A DNA stretch of 64,000 nucleotides from Candidatus Binatia bacterium (lineage in GTDB: Bacteria > Desulfobacterota > Binatia > UBA9968 > JAJDTQ01): the NCBI GenBank assembly GCA_963666515.2, contig OY762897.2, positions 3,872,001 to 3,936,000 on the forward strand. Direction: 5' to 3'. A program made the position numbers and the translations under genes. Every line of letters begins with the position of its first letter. The first letter of the stretch is position 1. Positions 30,201 through 43,000 of this stretch are shown here, piece by piece. Below the pieces are notes generated by a model. The model saw only the letters and a list, made by a program, of their open reading frames with translations. It was not told the DNA's origin and ran no database searches.

Positions 30201-33200
30201 GGCCTGAACTTCAGGGACGTGGTGCTGGCCCTGGGGTTGATCGAGGGGGGGCCTTTGGGGGCCGAGTTCTGCGGCCGTGTGACGGAGCTGGGACCGGGGG
30301 TGATCGGTTTCTCGGAGGGGGACCGCGTGGTGGGGCTCTTGCTGGGGGCATTGGCGCCGGAGGTGACGGCCCGCGCCGGGTTGGTGGCGCGCGCGCCCGC
30401 GGGGCTCTCGCCGGAGGCTTTGGCGGCGACTCCGGTAGTGTTCGCGACCGCGTCGCTGGCGTTCGGGATGGCGCGGCTTAAGGCGGGGGACCGGGTGCTG
30501 GTGCACGCGGGCGCCGGGGGCATGGGCCTGGCGGCGATCCAGTTGGCGCAGAGTGTGGGCGCGGAAGTGTACGCCACCGCCAGCGCGGGCAAGCGGGGAT
30601 ACCTGAGATCGCTGGGAGTGTCGCACGTGTTCGACAGCCGGAGCACGGGGTTCGGGGAGGAGATCCTGTCGGAGACGGGTGGAGCCGGGGTGGACGTGGT
30701 GCTGAACAGCCTGACGGGAGAGGGTTTCATCGAGGCGAGCCTGTCGTGCTTGGGCGAGGGGGGGCGGTTCGTGGAGATCGGCAAGCTGGGCATCTGGAGC
30801 GCGGAGGAGATGAGGGCGGCGCGGCCGGACGTGGAGTACCACGTGCTGGCGCTGGACGAGCTGCTGGAGGAGGACCCCGGGCAGGTGGGCCGGGTATTCC
30901 ACGAGTTGATGGGGCGGATGGAAGCGGGGGCGTTGCGGCCGTTGCCGTGCGCGGTGTGGGGGATGGATGAGGCGGCGCCGGCGCTGGAGTGGCTGCGATC
31001 GGGTCGCAGCGTCGGGAAGCTGGCGTTGCGGGTGCCGGGGCTGCTGTCGGCGGGGAGATTGCGTGAGGACGGGACGTACCTGGTGACGGGCGGCCTGGGC
31101 GGAGTGGGTCTGGAGGTGGCGGGATGGCTGGCGGACGGTGGGGCGCGGAGCTTGGTGTTGAACGGGCGGCGGGAGCCGGACCCGGAGGCGCTGGTTTCGG
31201 TCGAAGCGTTGCGGGAACGCGGGGTGGACGTGCGGGTGGAGTTGGCGGACGTGACGGACGGGGAGGCGGTGGCGGCGATGCTGGCGCGGATGGGCGCGGC
31301 GCTGCCGCGGCTGGCGGGAATCGTGCACTGCGTGGGGGTGTTCTCGGACGCGTCGCTGGCGAACCAGGACTGGGAGCGGTTCGAGCGAGTGCTGTGGCCG
31401 AAGGCGCTGGGAGCGTGGCATCTGCACCGGGCGACCGAGTCGCGGGAGCTGGATCTGTTCGTGCTGTTCTCGAGCGTGGCCGGGGTATTGGGCAACCCGG
31501 GCCAGGCCAATTACGCCGCGGCCAACGCGTTTCTGGACCAGTTGGCGCGGCACCGCCGGCGGTCGGGGCTGGCAGCGCAGTCCATCGCCTGGGGGGCGTG
31601 GTCCGGCGTGGGCGAGGCCGAGGAGCAGCGCGCGCGGATCGGCGGGCGGTTGGCGGCCGCGGGCATGGGCTGGATGACGCCGCGCCGGGCGCTCGGGGCC
31701 CTGGAGAGCGTGGTGCGGCGGGGAACGGCGACCAGCGTGGCCGCGCTGGTGGACTGGGAGACCCATGTGGCCGCGGCGAAGCAGGCGCCGGCGCTGCTGG
31801 AGGAGCTGGCCGCGCCCGCGGCCGGCGCCGCCGCGGGTTCGGGGGAGGGGTGGTTGGAGCGGCTGCGGGAGGCGCCGGCATCGAGGCGGGCGGGGTTGCT
31901 GCTGGAGTTCGTGCAGCGGGAGCTGCAGGCGGTGTTGGGGCTCTCGTCGCCGCCCGCGCCCGGGGTGGGGTTCTTCGACCTCGGCATGGACTCGCTGATG
32001 GCGGTGGACTTCCGCAACCGCCTGAACCGGGGTCTGGCGGGTGAGCACGTGATGTCCAGCACCGCGGTGTTCGACTACGCCAGCCCCGAGGTGCTGGCCC
32101 GTCATCTGGCCGAGGCGACCGGGGTGCTCGCCGCCTCAGAGCCGGCGCGGTCGCCGCGGCGCGCGCTGCCGTCGCGGGGGGACGACGCGGTCGCGGTCGT
32201 GGGCATGGCGTGCCGTTTTCCGGGAGGGGGCGGCGTCACCGGGTTCTGGCGGCTGCTGGAGTCGGGCGGCGATGCCGTGACCGAGGGCCGCGCGGCTTCG
32301 CCGGGCGCGCCGGCGCACGGTCCGGGCGGCGGGTCCGGGCTGGCCCCGGGCGGCTTCATCGAGGGCGTGGATCTCTTCGACGCGGAGTTCTTCCGCATCG
32401 GGCCGGCCGAGGCCCGGCTCCTGGACCCGCAGCAGCGGTTGCTGCTGGAGACGAGTTGGGAGGCGCTGGAGTCTGCGGGGATCGGCGCGGACCGGCTCCG
32501 CGGCAGCCTTGCCGGGGTGTACGTGGGCATCTCCAGCCACGACTACCTGGACCTGATGATCGCGGCCGGCGCCGAGGACTCCTCCACCCTGTACCTGGCG
32601 TCGGGCAACCACGGCAGCACGGCCATCGGCCGGGTGGCGTTCACGCTGGGCTTCGAGGGCCCGGCCGTGGCGGTGGACACGGCGTGCTCGTCTTCGCTGG
32701 TGGCGGTGCACCAGGCGGTGTCGGGCCTGCAGCGGGGGGAGGCGGACCTGGCGTTGACGGGCGGGGTGAACGTGCTGCTGTCGCCGGTCATGACGGAGGC
32801 CTTCCGCAGCGGCGGGGCGCTGTCTCCGGACGGCCGCTGCAAGACCTTCGATGCGTCCGCGGACGGCTACGTCCGCGCCGAGGGGTGCGGGGTGCTGGTG
32901 CTCAAGCGGCTGCGCGACGCCGAGGCGGACGGCGACCGCATATGGGGCGTGGTCCGGGGGTCGGCGACGAACCACGACGGCGCCAGCGCAGGGCTGACGG
33001 TTCCCAACGGGCAGGCCCAGGAGCGGGTGATCGAGGAGGCGCTGGCGCGGGCGGGACTGGAGCCCCGGGAGGTGGACTACCTGGAGGCGCACGGCACCGG
33101 CACGGAGCTGGGGGACCCCATCGAGGTCCACGCGGCTGCCGCGGTGTACGGGGCGGGCCGCGACCCGGCGCATCCGTTGCTGCTGGGGTCGGTGAAGACG

Positions 33201-36200
33201 AACATCGGGCACCTGGAGGCGGCCTCGGGGGTGGCGGGACTGATCAAGGTGCTGCTGTCCATGACCCGCGGCGTGATCCCGAAACACCTGCACTTCCACG
33301 AGCCCACGCCGCACGTGGAGTGGGAGCGCCTGCCGGTGCGGGTGGTCTCGGAGCCGGAGGCGTGGCCGCCGGCCGCGGATCGCCCGGCGCGCGCCGGGGT
33401 CAGTTCGTTCGGCCTGTCGGGGACCAACGCGCACGTGGTGTTGGAAGGCTATGGCGCCGTTGCAGCGGCCGGCCCCCGTCATTCCGGCGAAAGCCGGAAT
33501 CCAGTGGCGGGAGGCGCGGGGCCGGCGGTAGCGGTGGGGTGGCCTGAAGGCGCATCGGAGTTTCGTCCTGCGGAGGGGAGTCGTGGTGTAACGGGAACGC
33601 GGGCGCGGCGGCTGCTGCCGCTGTCGGGACGGACGGACGAGGCCCTGCGGGCGCTGGCCGGGCGTTACGTGGAGTGGCTGGAGCAGCGCGCGCCGGCCTC
33701 GGGAGATTCCGATGGCCCGGATTCGGACCCCGCCGGCCTGCTGGCCGACGCCGCCTGGACCGCGGGGGTGGGCCGGAGCCACCTGAGCCATCGCGCCGGG
33801 CTGACCTTCGGCGGGATCGACGAACTGCGCGACAAGCTGGCCGCGCTGGTCTCCGGAGCCGCCCCGGGGACCGTGGGCTCGCGGGAAGGCCGGGGCGCAC
33901 CCGCGGTGGCGTTCCTGTTCACGGGCCAGGGAAGCCAGTGGGCCGGCATGGGGCGGGAGCTGTACGAGAGCGAGCCGGTGTTCCGGGCGGTGCTGGACCG
34001 TTGCGAGCGGGAGGTGCAGGCGCTGCGGGGCGGGTCGCTGCTGGCGGTCATGTTCGGGGATGCGGCCGAGTCGGCGCTGGACGACACCCGCTGGACCCAG
34101 CCGGCGCTGTACGCGCTGGAGAGCGGCCTGGCGGCGCTGTGGCGGAGCGTGGGGGTGACGCCCACCGCGGTGCTGGGCCACAGCGTCGGCGAGATCGCCG
34201 CGGCGTCCGCGGCGGGGGTGTTCTCGCTGGAGGCGGGGCTGCGTTTCGCCGCGTTGCGCGGCGAGTTGATGGCGTCGTTGCCGGCGGACGGGCCGCGGGC
34301 GGGCTCGATGGCCGCGGTGTTCGCGCCGCCGGCCCGGGTCGAGGCGCTGGTGGCGGAGGTGAACGCGGGCGCGGGCAACGAGGGATTGGGCCTGGCCGCG
34401 TACAACGGCGGGCACCAGGTGGTGAGCGGAGGCGCCGGGGCCGTGGACGCGCTGCTGGCGCGGTGCGGCTCGGAGGGAGTCCGGGCCGAGCGCCTGCGGG
34501 TGAGCCACGCGTTCCACAGCGCCCTGATGGATCCGATACTCGACGACCTGGAGGGTCTGCTCGGCGGCGAGGAGGTGTCGCCGCCCGTGGTGGCGCTGGT
34601 GAGCAACGTCACCGGCGGCGTGGTGCGTCCGGAAGACGTGCTCGACGGCGCCTACTGGCGCCGCCACGCGCGCGCGCCGGTGGCCTTCGCCGCGGGGGTG
34701 AGCGCGTTGGCGGAACTGGGCGTGGAGGTGCTGGTGGAGGTGGGGCCGCGGCCGGTGCTGGGAGCGATGGCGGCGCTGGCATGGCCCGCGGATGACGCCG
34801 AGGGTTCCGCGGGAAGGCCGGCGGTGCTGTCGAGCCTGGGACAGGGAGCGGACCGCGGCCCGGCGTCCTTCGTCGAGGCGGTGGCGGCCGCCTATGCCGA
34901 GGGGTTGGAGGTGGCGTTCGAGGGCCTGTTCACCGGGGAGGAACGGCGGCGGGCGCCGTTGCCCACCTATCCGTTCCAACGCCGGCGCTACTGGGCCGAT
35001 ACCCGCCGGCGTCGAGCCCGCGCCGGGCATCCGCTGCTGGGCGAGGGAGGCGTGTCGGCGCGGGGCGAGATGACCTTTGAGCGGGAGCTGCGCGCCTCGG
35101 AGCCGGAGTGGCTCTCGGACCACCGGGTGTTCGGGCGGGTCGTGGCGCCGGCGGCGCTGTACGGCGCCATGGCGCTGAGCGCGGCGTCCGCAGCCGCGCG
35201 GGCGGGGTCCGGAGGTCCGGGCGCGGTGGTCGAGGACTTGCGGGTCCATGCGCCGCTGGCCCTGCCCGAAGGCGACGGCGGGGACGTTGGGCCCGGCTGC
35301 ACGGTGCAGCTATGGGCGGGCGCCCCGGACGGCTCCCGGCGCCGCTCGGTGGAGATCCACGGCAAGGGTGACGGCGAAGCGGAATGGACGCTGCACGCCG
35401 AGGCCCGGGCGGGATGGGAAGCCCGGCCGCCGGAGGCCGGCGAGACGGACGTGGAGGGACTCAAGGAGCGCCTGTCGGAGGGAGACCCGGCGGCCTTCTA
35501 CCGCACGCTCGCGGCCGCGGGGCTTGATTTCGGGGCGCGGTTCCGCGCCTTGCGGACGCTGTGGCTGGGATCGGGGGAGGCGCTGGCGGAGGTGCGGCTG
35601 CCGGAAGGCCTGGAGGCGGGCGCCGCTGAAGTGCATCCGGTGCTGCTGGACGGCTGTATCCAGGCCGTCGGGGCGGCGTTGCCGGGAGGCGAAGGCGGCG
35701 AGACCTGGCTGCCGGTCGGCTGGGAGCGGTTGTGGGTGAGCGGGCCGTTGCCGGATCGGGTGACGTGCCACGCGCGGCTGCGGCAGGCGTCCGGCGCCGG
35801 CGACCGGGACGCGCCGGGAGAGGCTTTCACCGCGGACCTGTGGCTGTACGGCGAGGACGGCGCGGTGCTGGGCGTGGTGGCGGGCCTGGCGTTGAAGCGG
35901 GCGACGCGGGCGGCGTTCCTGTCGGGCGTGGTCCGGTCGGAGGACCTGCTGTACACGCCGGTGTGGCGGGAGGCCGCGTTCGTGGGCGCGCCGCAGCCCG
36001 CGTTCTTCCTCTCGCCGCCGGAAGCCGCGGCCGCGGAGGCCGGGAGCCTCGCGGCGCGCCTGGAAACGGCGGGGTTGCCGGCGGGCGCGGTTTCGGGCTT
36101 GCAGGAGGACCTGGAGCGCCTGTCGCGGGCGTACGCGGCGGCGGCGCTGGACGGATTGGGGTGGCGGCGTGAGCGCGGGGTGGAGGTGAGGGTTGCGGAG

Positions 36201-39200
36201 TTGCGTCAACAGCTCAAGGTGGTGTCGGAGCACGCCGGGTTGTTCGGACGGGTGCTGGCGCTGGCCGCGGATGCGGGAGTGCTGGAGCGGGCCGCGGATG
36301 ATGGGGCCGGGGGTTCGGAGTGGCGCGTGGCGTTGGCCTCGGGGGAGGCGTTGGAGGACGTGGCGCTGGGAGACCCGGCGTCTCTGGCCGCGGCGCTGGT
36401 AGAGCGTCACCGGTCGGGGTCGATGGAGCTGGGGCTGCTGGCGCGTTGCGGCGATGCGCTGGCCGAGGTGCTGCGCGGGCGGGCGGAGCCGCTGGCGCTG
36501 CTGTTCGACGAGGCCGGGCCGAGCGCCGCGGACCTGTACCGGGACGCGCCGGTGGCGCGGGCGGTGAGCGGGCTGCTGGCGGCGCTGGTGGGCGCCGCGG
36601 TGTCGGCACTGCCGGAGGAGCGCCGCCTGCGGGTGCTGGAGGTGGGAGCGGGGACCGGCGGGACCACCGGAGCGATTCTGGGGGCGCTGTCCCGGGGCCG
36701 GTTCGACTACGCCTACACGGACGTGTCCGCAGGCTTCTTCGCGGGCGCGCGGGAGCGTTTCGGGGAGGATCATCCGGGGATGGAGTACCGGGTGCTGGAC
36801 ATCGAGCGGGACCCGGTGGAGCAGGGTTTCAGGGCGCACGGGTACGACGTGGTGGTGGCGGCCAACGTTCTGCACGCGACGCGGGACATGGGCGAGACCC
36901 TGGCGCACTGCCGGGGGTTGCTGGCGCCCGGGGGTCTGCTGGTGGCGTTGGAGGGGCTGGGGGTTCAGGGCTGGCTGGACCTGACGTTCGGGATGCTGGA
37001 GGGTTGGTGGCGTTATGCGGAGGGCGAGGACCGCTACCGGGCGGACTACCCGCTGATGGGGGCTGGGGATTGGCGTCGGGCGTTGGCGGACGCGGGGTTC
37101 GAGGAGGCGGAGGTGCTGGGTGAGGGAGAGGGAGCGCAGCAGGGAGTGATCGTGGCGCGGGGACCGGCGGAGGTGGAGGAGGTCCCGGGGCTGTGGGTGG
37201 TGGCGTTGGACGGCGATGGCGAGGGGATGGAGTTGGCGGCGCGGTTGGCGGAGCGGAATCAACGCGTGGTGACGGTGATGGACGAGCAGGCGGGCGAGGT
37301 GGAGACGGGGGGAGCGCCCGGGGTGGAGTTGTCGCGGCTGGACACGTCGAGCCGGCAGGCGTGGCGCGGACTCCTGGAGGGACTGCCTGGGGAGCCGCGC
37401 CTGCGCGGGGTGGTGCATCTGGCGGCCTTGTCGGGGCACGGCTGCGGCGCGGAAGCGGCGGAGTTGGCCGCGGACGTGGAGCGGGTGCTGCGGAGCGCTC
37501 TGGCGCTGTCGCAGGGGCTGCTGGACGCGGGAGCGCAGCCAAGCGGCGGGCTGTGGATGGTGACGCGCGGAGGGCAGGTGGTGGAGCGGGAGCACGGCGG
37601 CGAGTTGTCGGGGGCGGCGCTTTGGGGGTTGGGGAAGACGGTGTGGTGGGAGGCGGGACAACTGACCCCGCGGCTGGTGGACCTGGACCCGGGTGAGGGG
37701 AGGGGTCTGGACGGACTGGTGGAGGAGTTGCTGTACCCGGACGGTGAGCGGGAGGTGGCGTATCGCGGCGGCAGGCGTCTGGCGCTTCGCCTGGTGCGTT
37801 CCGGGCGCGGTTTGCCGGAAGGGACGGAGTGGCGGCTGGCCGCGGGCGCGGACGGGCTGCTGGCGAGCGTGGGCGCGGAGCGGGCGCCGGCGCGGGCGCT
37901 GGAGGCCGGGGAGTTGCGGGTGGCGGTGGAGGCCGCGGGCCTGAATTTCAGGGACGTGGTGCTGGCCTTGGGTCTGATCGAGAGGGCGCCGTTGGGGGGT
38001 GAGTTCTGCGGGCGGGTGACGGAACTGGGACCGGGAGTCAGTGGTTTCTCCGAAGGGGACCGCGTGGTGGGGTTTGCGGTGGGGGCGTTGGCGCCGGAGG
38101 TGGTGGCCCGCGCCGGGTTGGTGGCGCGCGCGCCCGAGGGGCTCTCGCCGGAGGGGTTGGCGGCGGCCCCGGTGGTGTTCGCGACCGCGGCGCTGGCATT
38201 CGAGTTGGCGCGGCTTGAGGCGGGGGACCGGGTGCTGGTGCACGCGGGCGCCGGGGGCGTGGGTCTGGCGGCGATCCAGTTGGCGCACGGCATGGGCGCG
38301 GAAGTGTACGCCACCGCCAGCGAGGGCAAGCGGGGATACCTGAGATCGCTGGGAGTGTCGCACGTGTTCGACAGCCGGAGCACGGGGTTCGGGGAGGATA
38401 TCCTGGCGGAGACGGGCGGAGTCGGGGTGGACGTGGTGCTGAACAGCCTGACGGGAGCGGGTTTCATCGAGGCGAGCCTGTCGTGCCTGGGTGAGGGGGG
38501 CCGGTTCGTGGAGATCGGCAAGCTGGGGATCTGGAGCGCGGAGGAGATGAGGACGGCGCGGCCGGACGTGGATTACCACGTGCTGGCGCTGGACGAGTTG
38601 CTGGAGGAGGACCCCGGGCAGGTGGGCCGGGTGTTTCACGAGTTGATGGGACGGATGGAGGCCGGGGAGTTGCGGCCGTTGCCGTGCTCGGTGTGGGGGA
38701 TGGACGAGGCGGCGCCGGCTCTGGAGTGGCTGAGATCGGGCCGCAGCGTGGGGAAGCTGGCGTTGCGGGTGCCGGGGCTGCTGTCGGCGAGGGGTTTGCG
38801 TGAGGACGGGACGTACCTGGTGACCGGTGGCCTGGGCGGAGTGGGTCTGGAGGTGGCGGGATGGCTGGCGGACCGCGGGGCGCGGACCCTGGTGTTGAAC
38901 GGGCGGCGGGCGCCGGACCCGGAGGCGCTGGCGTCGGTCGAAGCGTTGCGGGAACGCGGGGTGGACGTGCGGGTGGAGTTGGCGGACGTGACGGACGGGG
39001 AGGCGGTGGCGGCGATGCTGGCGCGGATGGACGCGGCGCTGCCGCGGCTGGTGGGAGTGTTCCACTGCGTAGGGGTGTTGTCGGACGCGTCGCTGGCGAA
39101 CCAGGACTGGGAACGGTTCGAGCGGGTGCTGTGGCCGAAGGTGCTGGGGGCGTGGCGCCTGCACCGGGCGACCGAGACGCGGGAGCTGGACCTGTTCGTG

Positions 39201-40004
39201 CTGTTTTCGAGCGCCACCGGGGTGCTGGGCAACCCGGGCCAGGCGAACCACACCGCGGCCAACGCGTTTCTGGACCAGTTGGCGCGGCATCGCCGGCGCT
39301 CGGGGCTGGCGGCGCAGTCCATCGCCTGGGGGGCGTGGTCCGGCGTGGGCGAGGCCGAGGAGCAGCGCGAGCGGTTCGGCGAGCTTTTCGCCGCCGGCGT
39401 CGGTTGGATGACGCCGGGCCGGGCGCTCGGGGCCCTGGAGAGCGTGGTGCGGCGGGGGACGTCCACCAGCGTGGCGGCGCTGGTGGACTGGGAGACCTAC
39501 GTGGCGGGGGCGAAGCAGGCGCCGGCGCTGCTGGAGGAGCTGGCCGAGCCCGCGGCCGGCGCCGCCGCGGGTTCGGGGGAGGGGTGGCTGGAGTGGCTGC
39601 GGGAGGCGCCGGCTTCGAGGCGCGAGGAGTTGCTGCTGGAGTTCGTGCAGCGGGAGCTGCAGGCGGTGCTGGGGCTTTCGTCGCTGCCGGCGCCGGGAGT
39701 GGGGTTCTTCGACCTCGGCATGGACTCGCTGATGGCGGTGGAGTTCCGCAACCGCCTCAACCGGGGGCTGGCGGGCGAGTACGTGGTCTCCAACACCGCG
39801 GCGTTCGATCACGCCAGCGCCGCGGCGTTGACGCGCCACCTGGCCGCGGCGTTGAAGTTTCCGGGCGACGGCGAGGCGCCGCCCGAGGACGTCTCACCGG
39901 CTGCCGTGTCCGATGGAGAGAAGGAGCGGGTTCGAGACCTGTCGGAGCAGGACTTCATCGAGGAAGCCATGCGGGCGCTCGGAAAGAAACCCGAGCGGCC
40001 GTAG
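15213..40004 (+). CDS. Modular type I cis-AT PKS1: ACP0-[KS(C>S)-AT-cMT-psiKR-ACP]-[KS-AT-KR-ACP]-[KS-AT-DH-ER-KR-ACP]-[KS-AT-DH-cMT-ER-KR-ACP]-docking
   Basis: 8263-aa ORF with 4 KS, 4 AT (GHSVG; HAFH/HGFH), 5 ACP Ser motifs (LGIDS/LGMDS), 2 DH (HxxxGxxxxP), 2 MT (ExGAGTGG, NVLH), 2 ER ([10 protein letters not shown]) and 3 catalytic KR (VTGGLGG). Confidence 0.97.
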   Translation: MSADRTDPRTLEAWLRSRIAEAAGLPSGEVGLDRELAELGIDSLRAAQVAAEIEERLGARFDASEIYDHPTIRRLAAYLSGGPDRASEERNRAPAAEPIAIVGMSCRFPGGGGLPGFWRLLESGGDGVSPGRGGDLEERLGRVWADVGTMGPGGYIGGVDLFDAEFFRIAPVEARLMDPQQRLLLETTWEALEWAGIDPEGLRGSRTGVYTGISSHDYWDLLLACGGEDSESLYMATGASMSTAAGRIAFALGLAGPALAVDTASSSSLVAVHQAVTALQWGETDLALAGGVNVMLSPALTAAFRSGGVLSPDGRCKTFDVSANGIVRGEGCGMLVLKRLRDAEASGDRIWAVIRGSAVNQDGASAGLAAPNRSAQERVIEGALARAGLAPSEVDYLEAHGTGTELGDPIEIRAAATAYGAGRDPGRPLLMGSVKTNIGHLEAAAGAAGLIKVVLSMAHGVVPKHLHLRTPTPRVEWELLPVRVAPDGEAWPVREGRPRRAGISSFGYAGTNAHMVVEGYGRASEAAGFLLAAGPAVEVSWPEEVARLRPEGGEARAASRGRRLLPLSGRTEDGLRALAGRYLEWLDESTQSTSDPAGGSPGPGGTDWLGDVAWTAAVGRSHRGLRARVTFGGVEELREKLAALAGGVDAASAASGSAGGARVGFLFTGQGSQWPGMGRDLYESEPVFRAVLDRCEAEVRGLRGESLLEVMFEPGRGDDLADTRWTQPALYALEAGLLELWRSVGVRPSAVLGHSVGEIAAAYAAGAFTLEAGARFAAVRGGLMGSVSEAGAMAAVFGPADWVSGLVAELNRDGAAPELSVAAYNGGHQVVSGAADAVVAALERCRSEGVRAERLRVSHAFHSGLMEPVLDELEQAAEDLQASPPRVPLASNVTGRMAAPGEALDGAYWRRHAREPVAFAAGVRALAESGVDVLVEVGPRPVLGPMALLAWPGEEAGEAAGSSGESPGTRPGRPLVLPSLRPPEQGGGGGFAEAAAGAYEAGLSLSFEGLFVGEARRRVTLPGYPFQRRRYWVDAAHEVRRGVDRHPVGGRADDLPYTQVWREAENCGPQPAAFLLSPEAAAAAAGGIEEHLGAEGLSLPEAAALAGDLERVSRGYALATLDALGWRRERGEEVETEALRRRLEVVPDHSAAFGRLLRLAAAAGVLAPAAGGPDGSMWRAVSGSEEGLADGALADPDGLAAALAERRPAMAVELALLSRCAGSLAEVLRGRSSLVGLLFGEARPNAAELYREAPAMRAVSRLAGAVAGAAVSELPAGRRLRVLELGAGTGGTTDWVLAALPEGRYEYAFTDVSAGFFPAAQERFGNGDPLEYRELDVERDPVEQGFPAHGYDLVVAANVLHATRDLRETLAHCRRLLAPDGLLVALEGMEPQGWLDVAFSPLEGWWRFREGADGYREDYPLMGAGEWRRALGDAGFGEMTVAGLAEEGAWQGVVVARGPAELEEPEGLWVVAPDEGGEGLELARRLAERNQRVVVALDESAGEAGDPTAAGVASARLDTSSRDGWCGLLAGLSGAPLRGVVHLAALSGHGGSADAAGPAADVERLVGSALALAQGLADAGAEPSAGLFLVTRGGQVVERETGGQLSGAALWGLGQTLAQEAGPSRLRMVDLDPAADAGIGGLVDELLHPDGETRVAHRGGGRRVLRLVGAEAGPGLPEDGESRLGAGAGGGPARLAAGVGDGAAEPPAGLLERLRQARASDREELLLGFVRRELQAVLGLPSLPAAGVGFFDLGMDSLMAVKFQTGLNRGLAGVYSAPSTVAFDYASCELLARHLAEQLGVLDAPAEPAHRAPAPGGDEEVAVVGMACRFPGGGDLAAFWRLLESGGDAVTEGRDRLPGSSAVTPWSAALAEGSNRWGGFIEGLDLFDAEFFRIAPVEARLLDPQQRLLLETSWQALESAATDAARLKGSRTGVYAGISSHDYWDMLSAAGGEDALAMYAATGASGSTAIGRVAFVLGLEGPVLAVDTACSSSLVAVHQAVLGLQRGDADLALAGGVHVMLSPAVTESFRRGGMLSPDGRCKTFDASANGYVRGEGCGVVVLKRLRDAEADGDRIWAVIRGSAVNHDGASAGLTVPSGPAQERVIGTALAQAGLSPAEVDYLEAHGTGTELGDPIEVNAAAAAYGAGREPERPLLLGSAKTNVGHLEAAAGVAGLIKVVLSMAHGVIPKSLHFREPNPHVDWAGLPVRVVSEQEEWPVREGAPARAGVSSFGFSGTNAHVVVEGYGDASEQGKGLTGSGRAVPVGSPDGLVEEGPEGGDECEARERRLLALSGRTEGAVRELAGRYVEWLEEQGPWTDEGVEDGDLSGRERLADMAWTAGVGRSHHGHRAGVTFAGAEELRGKLAELAEGRSAPGVSAGSRAARESEEAPKVGFLFTGQGSQWAGMGRGLYEREPVFRGVLDRCEAAVRELRGESLLEVMFGEEGAEGSLDDTRWTQPGLYALEAGLCELWASMGVRPSAVLGHSVGEIAAAYAAGVWTLEEGVRFAARRGELMRNLPVSGPRAGAMAAVFTTAGGVEELVAAVNGTKGGEDWLSVGAYNGAHQVVSGAAGAVEALLEQCEGSGIRAARLRVSHGFHSVLMEPVLEELEGLLEGVGVSAPGVDLVSNLTGRVMGAGELMDGAYWRRHAREPVAFGAGVAALSEMGVEVLVELGPGPVLGAMAALAWPVGEVNGAAAPSGSGAGGPVVVPSLRGKGEDGVGGTSDGGFVEAVAGAYAAGLEVGFAGLFVGEERRRVSLPGYPFQRQRYWADATAPEFPSVARRAEELLYTPVWREAASAGEPRQGVAEAEAAPGLWVVALDHEGEGMELAGELAARNQRVVAVADEGVEVDEASGADVVRLATSSRKGWRGLLEGLSQEGLRGVVHLGALSGHGCGAAAAEMAEDVERGTGSALALAQGLLDAGVEPAAGLWLVTRGAQVVAEERAGELAGAALWGLGKTLVLEAGQVKPRLVDLDPEEESGFEALVEELLRPDRETEVAYRGGRRVLRLVRGVVRPALPEQADGRPAPEADGPLESVAPSPGGLREDGTYLVTGGLGGIGLELAGWLADRGARSLVLNGRREPGEPAKAVVEGLRGRGVDVRVELADVTDEAAVAAMLERVEGEMPRLAGVFHSVGVLSDASVLNQDWSRFERVLWPKVLGAWRLHRATAERELDLFVLFTSLMGVLGNPGQANYAAANAFLDQLARHRRASGLAGQSIAWGAWSGTGEAEEQRDQIAKRLAAAGMGWMTAQQGLEALDRVLRAGAATSVAASVDWRLYGERVKEAPPLLEELVAAAAGGGPEPGRDLMDRLREAREPEREGMLLEFVQRELQGVLQTPALPDAEVGFFDLGMDSLTAAELRNRLNRGLAGVAVLPGTVVFDHGSPAALARHLAEELGFLDAPAAPARRALLPRGDDRIAVVGMACRFPGGGGLEGFWRLLESGGDVVTESRVSPVGGPAAGLYGDVPDDGSWGGFIEGVDLFDADFFRIAPVEAYVLDPQQRLLLETSWEALESAGIDAGRLKGSRTGVYAGITSQDYRELVAASGVDSASLYVESGNGGSTAIGRIAFTLGLEGPAMAVDTACSSSLVALHQAASALQRGEADLALAGGVNVLLSAAMTESLRNGGMLSPEGRCKTFDASADGYVRGEGCGVVVLKRLRDAEADGDRIWGVIVGSAVNHDGASAGLTVPNGSAQERVIAEALARAGLEPRDVDYLEAHGSGTELGDPIEVRAAAAAYGAGRDAGRPLLLGTVKTNIGHLEAAAGVAGLIKAVLSMAHGVIPGSLHYREPNPHVDWARLPVRVVSEAEDWPSGAGRPARTGVSSFGFSGTNAHVVVEAYGADAEAGDADSAAGRSPAAPRDGAASGPAVAVEWPEGVAELRPAAATGAVPAARERRLLPLSGHTAEALRALAGRYADWLEERGPSPAGDGDPGAVAGEWLADVAWTAGVGRSHHRRRAGVTFGDAGELREKLAELASGSGEEAAVWPRTGPEPKVGFLFTGQGSQWVGMGRELYDREPVFRAVLDRCDTVVAALRGESLLGVMFGDAGSAGSLDDTRWTQPALYALEAGLTALWASVGVRPSAVLGHSVGEIAAAHAAGVFSLEEGLRFAARRGELMGSLPAEGPEAGAMAAVFAPAARVETLAAAVNGAAGGEGLCLAAYNGGHQVVSGPAAAVAAALERCADAGIRAERLRVSHGFHSGLMEPVLEELEGSLEGVEAAAPRAALVSNVTGAVWPAGEVMDGVYWRRQAREPVAFGSGVAALAGLGLDVLVELGPGPVLGRMAALAWPAAEDGDGVSSGSGSTGPAVLSSLAGRTAGAGSGSRDGGFLEAAAAAYAAGAGLSFEGLFVGEQRRRVSLPGYPFQRQRYWIDAPRRRRAVDAAHPWLGERRESARGETTFETELYPSEPEWLSDHRIFGRVVVPGAMHGTLALSAASLVAGRRTAGGADGKVGLSDMRFHTPLLLPEEAGDRGEPGRTVQVVLGAADGSPERPVEVYSKGSDEADWTLHAEARAGVAAASGPRADLEALRDRLSERDVGKAYRGFEAAGLNLGTSFRAVRRLWAGAGEALGEVSVPEAVKDREAGLHPVLLDGCFQMLVMVLAQREEQDEGDVATYLPFGWERLWVSGALPAGVTCHARLRQESGADAGARNGLGEVLTVDLGLYGEDGAALGAVTGLALKRATRAAFLSGAVRSEELLYTPVWRETGLGGALAQGEADGVGQDEADGVARGVAVAPGPAEVEEAPGLWVVASDRGGEGLDLAARLAERSQRVVVAVDEHAAGAETGGVPGVELSRVDTSSREAWRGLLEGLPGEPRLRGVVHLAALSGHGCGAEAAELAEDLRRSAGSALSLSQGLLDAGKELENGLWLLTRGAQVVEREHGGELSGAALWGLGRTLATEVEMLRPRMVDLDPDEGPDLDGLVEELLRPDGEREVAYRGGRRLALRLVRSGRGLPEGTEWRLAAGADGLLESVGTERAPARALEAGELRVAVEAAGLNFRDVVLALGLIEGGPLGAEFCGRVTELGPGVIGFSEGDRVVGLLLGALAPEVTARAGLVARAPAGLSPEALAATPVVFATASLAFGMARLKAGDRVLVHAGAGGMGLAAIQLAQSVGAEVYATASAGKRGYLRSLGVSHVFDSRSTGFGEEILSETGGAGVDVVLNSLTGEGFIEASLSCLGEGGRFVEIGKLGIWSAEEMRAARPDVEYHVLALDELLEEDPGQVGRVFHELMGRMEAGALRPLPCAVWGMDEAAPALEWLRSGRSVGKLALRVPGLLSAGRLREDGTYLVTGGLGGVGLEVAGWLADGGARSLVLNGRREPDPEALVSVEALRERGVDVRVELADVTDGEAVAAMLARMGAALPRLAGIVHCVGVFSDASLANQDWERFERVLWPKALGAWHLHRATESRELDLFVLFSSVAGVLGNPGQANYAAANAFLDQLARHRRRSGLAAQSIAWGAWSGVGEAEEQRARIGGRLAAAGMGWMTPRRALGALESVVRRGTATSVAALVDWETHVAAAKQAPALLEELAAPAAGAAAGSGEGWLERLREAPASRRAGLLLEFVQRELQAVLGLSSPPAPGVGFFDLGMDSLMAVDFRNRLNRGLAGEHVMSSTAVFDYASPEVLARHLAEATGVLAASEPARSPRRALPSRGDDAVAVVGMACRFPGGGGVTGFWRLLESGGDAVTEGRAASPGAPAHGPGGGSGLAPGGFIEGVDLFDAEFFRIGPAEARLLDPQQRLLLETSWEALESAGIGADRLRGSLAGVYVGISSHDYLDLMIAAGAEDSSTLYLASGNHGSTAIGRVAFTLGFEGPAVAVDTACSSSLVAVHQAVSGLQRGEADLALTGGVNVLLSPVMTEAFRSGGALSPDGRCKTFDASADGYVRAEGCGVLVLKRLRDAEADGDRIWGVVRGSATNHDGASAGLTVPNGQAQERVIEEALARAGLEPREVDYLEAHGTGTELGDPIEVHAAAAVYGAGRDPAHPLLLGSVKTNIGHLEAASGVAGLIKVLLSMTRGVIPKHLHFHEPTPHVEWERLPVRVVSEPEAWPPAADRPARAGVSSFGLSGTNAHVVLEGYGAVAAAGPRHSGESRNPVAGGAGPAVAVGWPEGASEFRPAEGSRGVTGTRARRLLPLSGRTDEALRALAGRYVEWLEQRAPASGDSDGPDSDPAGLLADAAWTAGVGRSHLSHRAGLTFGGIDELRDKLAALVSGAAPGTVGSREGRGAPAVAFLFTGQGSQWAGMGRELYESEPVFRAVLDRCEREVQALRGGSLLAVMFGDAAESALDDTRWTQPALYALESGLAALWRSVGVTPTAVLGHSVGEIAAASAAGVFSLEAGLRFAALRGELMASLPADGPRAGSMAAVFAPPARVEALVAEVNAGAGNEGLGLAAYNGGHQVVSGGAGAVDALLARCGSEGVRAERLRVSHAFHSALMDPILDDLEGLLGGEEVSPPVVALVSNVTGGVVRPEDVLDGAYWRRHARAPVAFAAGVSALAELGVEVLVEVGPRPVLGAMAALAWPADDAEGSAGRPAVLSSLGQGADRGPASFVEAVAAAYAEGLEVAFEGLFTGEERRRAPLPTYPFQRRRYWADTRRRRARAGHPLLGEGGVSARGEMTFERELRASEPEWLSDHRVFGRVVAPAALYGAMALSAASAAARAGSGGPGAVVEDLRVHAPLALPEGDGGDVGPGCTVQLWAGAPDGSRRRSVEIHGKGDGEAEWTLHAEARAGWEARPPEAGETDVEGLKERLSEGDPAAFYRTLAAAGLDFGARFRALRTLWLGSGEALAEVRLPEGLEAGAAEVHPVLLDGCIQAVGAALPGGEGGETWLPVGWERLWVSGPLPDRVTCHARLRQASGAGDRDAPGEAFTADLWLYGEDGAVLGVVAGLALKRATRAAFLSGVVRSEDLLYTPVWREAAFVGAPQPAFFLSPPEAAAAEAGSLAARLETAGLPAGAVSGLQEDLERLSRAYAAAALDGLGWRRERGVEVRVAELRQQLKVVSEHAGLFGRVLALAADAGVLERAADDGAGGSEWRVALASGEALEDVALGDPASLAAALVERHRSGSMELGLLARCGDALAEVLRGRAEPLALLFDEAGPSAADLYRDAPVARAVSGLLAALVGAAVSALPEERRLRVLEVGAGTGGTTGAILGALSRGRFDYAYTDVSAGFFAGARERFGEDHPGMEYRVLDIERDPVEQGFRAHGYDVVVAANVLHATRDMGETLAHCRGLLAPGGLLVALEGLGVQGWLDLTFGMLEGWWRYAEGEDRYRADYPLMGAGDWRRALADAGFEEAEVLGEGEGAQQGVIVARGPAEVEEVPGLWVVALDGDGEGMELAARLAERNQRVVTVMDEQAGEVETGGAPGVELSRLDTSSRQAWRGLLEGLPGEPRLRGVVHLAALSGHGCGAEAAELAADVERVLRSALALSQGLLDAGAQPSGGLWMVTRGGQVVEREHGGELSGAALWGLGKTVWWEAGQLTPRLVDLDPGEGRGLDGLVEELLYPDGEREVAYRGGRRLALRLVRSGRGLPEGTEWRLAAGADGLLASVGAERAPARALEAGELRVAVEAAGLNFRDVVLALGLIERAPLGGEFCGRVTELGPGVSGFSEGDRVVGFAVGALAPEVVARAGLVARAPEGLSPEGLAAAPVVFATAALAFELARLEAGDRVLVHAGAGGVGLAAIQLAHGMGAEVYATASEGKRGYLRSLGVSHVFDSRSTGFGEDILAETGGVGVDVVLNSLTGAGFIEASLSCLGEGGRFVEIGKLGIWSAEEMRTARPDVDYHVLALDELLEEDPGQVGRVFHELMGRMEAGELRPLPCSVWGMDEAAPALEWLRSGRSVGKLALRVPGLLSARGLREDGTYLVTGGLGGVGLEVAGWLADRGARTLVLNGRRAPDPEALASVEALRERGVDVRVELADVTDGEAVAAMLARMDAALPRLVGVFHCVGVLSDASLANQDWERFERVLWPKVLGAWRLHRATETRELDLFVLFSSATGVLGNPGQANHTAANAFLDQLARHRRRSGLAAQSIAWGAWSGVGEAEEQRERFGELFAAGVGWMTPGRALGALESVVRRGTSTSVAALVDWETYVAGAKQAPALLEELAEPAAGAAAGSGEGWLEWLREAPASRREELLLEFVQRELQAVLGLSSLPAPGVGFFDLGMDSLMAVEFRNRLNRGLAGEYVVSNTAAFDHASAAALTRHLAAALKFPGDGEAPPEDVSPAAVSDGEKERVRDLSEQDFIEEAMRALGKKPERP
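15501..20610 (+). other. PKS module M1: KS(Ser)-AT-cMT-psiKR-ACP
   Basis: [20 protein letters not shown]. The structural KR half is followed directly by the ACP with no Rossmann motif. Boundaries approximate. Confidence 0.88.
20670..25410 (+). other. PKS module M2: KS-AT-KR(B-like)-ACP
   Basis: DTACSSS, HGFH, no DH, KR with GVLSD and GQANYAAAN. Confidence 0.88.
21110..23510 (+). repeat. Long near-identical block (M2 KS C-half + AT); partner at ~46330-48725
   Basis: Shared distinctive linkers such as [45 protein letters not shown] and GEDWLSV, with matching synonymous codons. Confidence 0.85.
29354..29400 (+). repeat. 24-nt period tandem duplication ([16 protein letters not shown])
   Basis: GCAGGGCGAGGCCGACGGCGTAG then GCAGGACGAGGCCGACGGCGTAG, located where other modules carry the MT. 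Confidence 0.85.
29580..32020 (+). repeat. Long near-identical block (M3 psiKR-ER-KR-ACP); partner at ~37320-39770
   Basis: Shared [47 protein letters not shown] and [11 protein letters not shown]. Confidence 0.85.
33477..33504 (+). repeat. In-frame REP-like palindrome (short form) in the M4 KS-AT linker
   Basis: CGTC-ATTCCGGC-GAAA-GCCGGAAT-CCAG, translated as RHSGESRNP. Confidence 0.9.
36380..37265 (+). repeat. Near-identical cMT block in M4; partner in M7 at ~54990-55870
   Basis: Shared [55 protein letters not shown] and [11 protein letters not shown]. Confidence 0.85.
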
Positions 40005-40019
40005 GCGAGGGCGCCAACC

Positions 40020-43000
40020 ATGAGCCGGTTGGAAGAATACATCGAGCTTTCCAGGGAGTTGCTTGCCGAGTTGAACGTTCGGCAACGCGAAGTCGCCGGG
40101 TTCAGGCAACCCATCGCCATCGTGGGCATGGCGTGCCGGTTCCCGGGCGCTCCGGGCCTGGAGGCGTTCTGGCGGCTGCTGGAGTCCGGCGCCGACGCCG
40201 TCACCGAGGGTCGCGGCAGCGCGCCGGACGGAGGGCCGCGCGCGGAGGTCCCGGAAGCGGCTCACTGGGGCGGCTTCATCGAGGACGTGGAGATGTTCGA
40301 TGCGGATTTCTTCCGCATCGCGCCGGTGGAGGCCCGGCTCCTGGACCCGCAGCAGCGGCTGCTGCTGGAGACGAGCTGGGAGGCGCTGGAGGACGCGGGG
40401 ATCGACGCCGGGCGTCTCAAGGGCAGCCGCACGGGGGTGTACGCGGGGATCGCCAGCCACGACTACATGGACCTGCTGGCCGCGGCCGGCGCCGGGGACC
40501 CGGCCAGCCTGTATCTGGCGTCCGGCAACGCCGGCGCCACCGCCATCGGACGGGTCGCCTTCACGCTCGGCCTGGAGGGCCCGGCGGTGGCGGTGGACAC
40601 GGCATGTTCGTCGTCCCTGGTGGCGGTGCACCAGGCGGTGCTGGGCCTGCGGAACGGCGAGGCCGACCTGGCGCTGGCGGGCGGCGTGAGCGTGATGCTG
40701 TCGCCGCTGCTGACCGAGGCGTTCAGGGCCGGCGGGATGCTGTCGCCGGACGGGCGCTGCAAGACCTTCGACGCCGCCGCGGACGGGTACGTGCGGGGAG
40801 AGGGGTGCGGGGTCGTGGCGCTCAAGCGCCTGAGCGACGCCGAGGCCGCCGGGGACCGGGTCTGGGGGGTGATCCGCGGGTCCGCGGTGAACCACGACGG
40901 CGCCAGCGCGGGACTGACGGTCCCCAACGGCCCGGCGCAGGAGCGGGTGATCGCCGCGGCGCTGAGCCTCGCGGGACTGGAGCCCCGCGAGGTGGACTAC
41001 CTGGAGGCCCACGGCACCGGCACCGAGTTGGGAGACCCGATCGAGGTGCACGCGGCCGCCGCGGCCTACGGCGCCGGTCGTGACCCCGCGCGCCCGCTGC
41101 TGCTGGGATCGGTGAAGACGAACATCGGCCACCTGGAGACCGCGGCCGGGGTCGCGGGCCTGATCAAGGCGGTGCTGTCGATGGCGCGCGGGGTGATCCC
41201 GCCGCACCTGCACTTCCGGAAGCCGAGCCCGCGGGTGGACTGGGAGCGGCTGCCGGTGCGCGTGGTGTCCGGGCCGGAAGCGTGGCCGTCGGGCGAAGGC
41301 CGCCCGGCGCGCGCGGGGGTCAGTTCGTTCGGCTTCTCGGGGACCAACGCGCACGTGCTGGTGGAGGGGTACGGCGCCGTTGCGGCGGCCGGCCCCCGTC
41401 ATTCCGGCGAAAAGCCTGCCCCGTACTTGATACGGGGCCGGAATCCAGTGGCGGGAGGCGCGGGGCCGGCGGTAGCGGTGGGGTGGCCTGAAGGCGCATC
41501 GGAGTTTCGTCCTGCGGAGGGGAGTGGTGGTGTAGCGGGAACGCGGGCGCGGCGCTTGCTGGCGTTGTCCGGAGGCACGGACGAGGCGTTGCGTGCCCTG
41601 GCGGGGCGGTACCTGGAGTGGCTGGACGGGAGCGCAGGGCTCCTGTCTACGTCCGATTCGGAAGATGGGGATGCGGACTCGGTCGTATCCGGGTTGCTGG
41701 CGGACGTGGCGTGGACCGCGGGGACGGGCCGCAGCCATCACGCCCGCCGCGCGGGCCTGACGTTCGCGGACGCGGGAGAGCTGCGCGCCCGGCTCGCGGC
41801 GCTGGCGTCCGGCGGCGGGGAGGTCTCCGGCGCGGCCGTCGAGGCGCCCTCCGGGGCCGCTCCCAAGGTGGCGTTCCTGTTCACCGGCCAGGGCAGCCAG
41901 TGGGCGGGGATGGGCCGGGAACTGTACGAGCGGGAGCCGGTGTTCCGCGCGGTGCTGGACCGTTGCGAGAGCGCGGTGCAGGCGCTCCGGGGGGAGTCGC
42001 TGCTGGACGTGATGTTCGGTGACGCAAACCGCGGGGGCCTGGACGACACCCGCTGGACGCAGCCGGCGTTGTACGCGCTGGAGAGCGGTCTGGCGGCGCT
42101 CTGGCGGAGCGTCGGGGTGATCCCGTCCGCGGTCCTGGGCCACAGCGTCGGGGAGATCGTTGCGGCCCACGTGGCGGGGGTGTTCTCGTTGGAGGACGGT
42201 CTGCGGTTCGCGGCGCGGCGCGGGGAGTTGATGGGATCGCTCCCCGCGGAGGGCTCGATGGCCGCGGTGTTCGCTCCCGCGGATTGGGTGTCCCGCGCGG
42301 TGGCGGAATGGAAGCGCGGTTCGGAGGGAACGGAGCTGAGCGTGGCCGCGTACAACGGCGGGCACCAGGTGGTCAGCGGCGCGGCCGCGGCGGTGGACGC
42401 CTTGCTGGAGCGGTGCGGCCGGGAGGGTCTCCGCGCCGGGCGCCTGCAGGTGCGCCACGCCTTCCACAGCGCGCTGATGGAGCCGGTCCTGGATGAGCTG
42501 GAAGGGTTGCTGGCGGGAGTCGCGGTGTCGCCGCCGGCGGTGGATTGGGTGAGCAACGTGACCGGCCGCGTGGTGGCCGCGGATGAGGAGCTGGCCGGGG
42601 TCTACTGGCGGCGGCAGGCGCGGGAGCCGGTGGCGTTCGGCGCCGGGGTGGCGGCGCTGGCGGAGTTGGGGGTGGGGGTGCTGCTGGAGGTGGGGCCGCG
42701 GCCGGTGCTGGGAGCGATGGCGGCGTTGGCCTGGCCGCCGGCGGCGACGGACGGCGCGGACCAGGGGACCGGCGGGCCGGCGCCCGCGGCGCCGGTGACG
42801 TTGTCGAGCCTGGGGCGGGACGCCGGGGGGGCCGGCGCGGCGTCGCCGGGCGGGGGTTTCGTGGAGGCCGTGGCGCGGGCCTACGAGGCCGGGTTGGAGG
42901 TGAGCTTCGAGGGCCTGTTCACGGGCGAGGAGCGGCGGCGCGTGTCGTTGCCGAGGTATCCGTTCCAGCGGCGGCGCTACTGGGCGGACTCGCGGCGTCG

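Larger units (their letters stand above)
25465..32120 (+). other. PKS module M3: KS-AT-DH-ER-KR-ACP
   Basis: [12 protein letters not shown] and [30 protein letters not shown], no MT. Confidence 0.88.
32190..39855 (+). other. PKS module M4: KS-AT-DH-cMT-ER-KR(His)-ACP
   Basis: [26 protein letters not shown] and [27 protein letters not shown]. Confidence 0.88.
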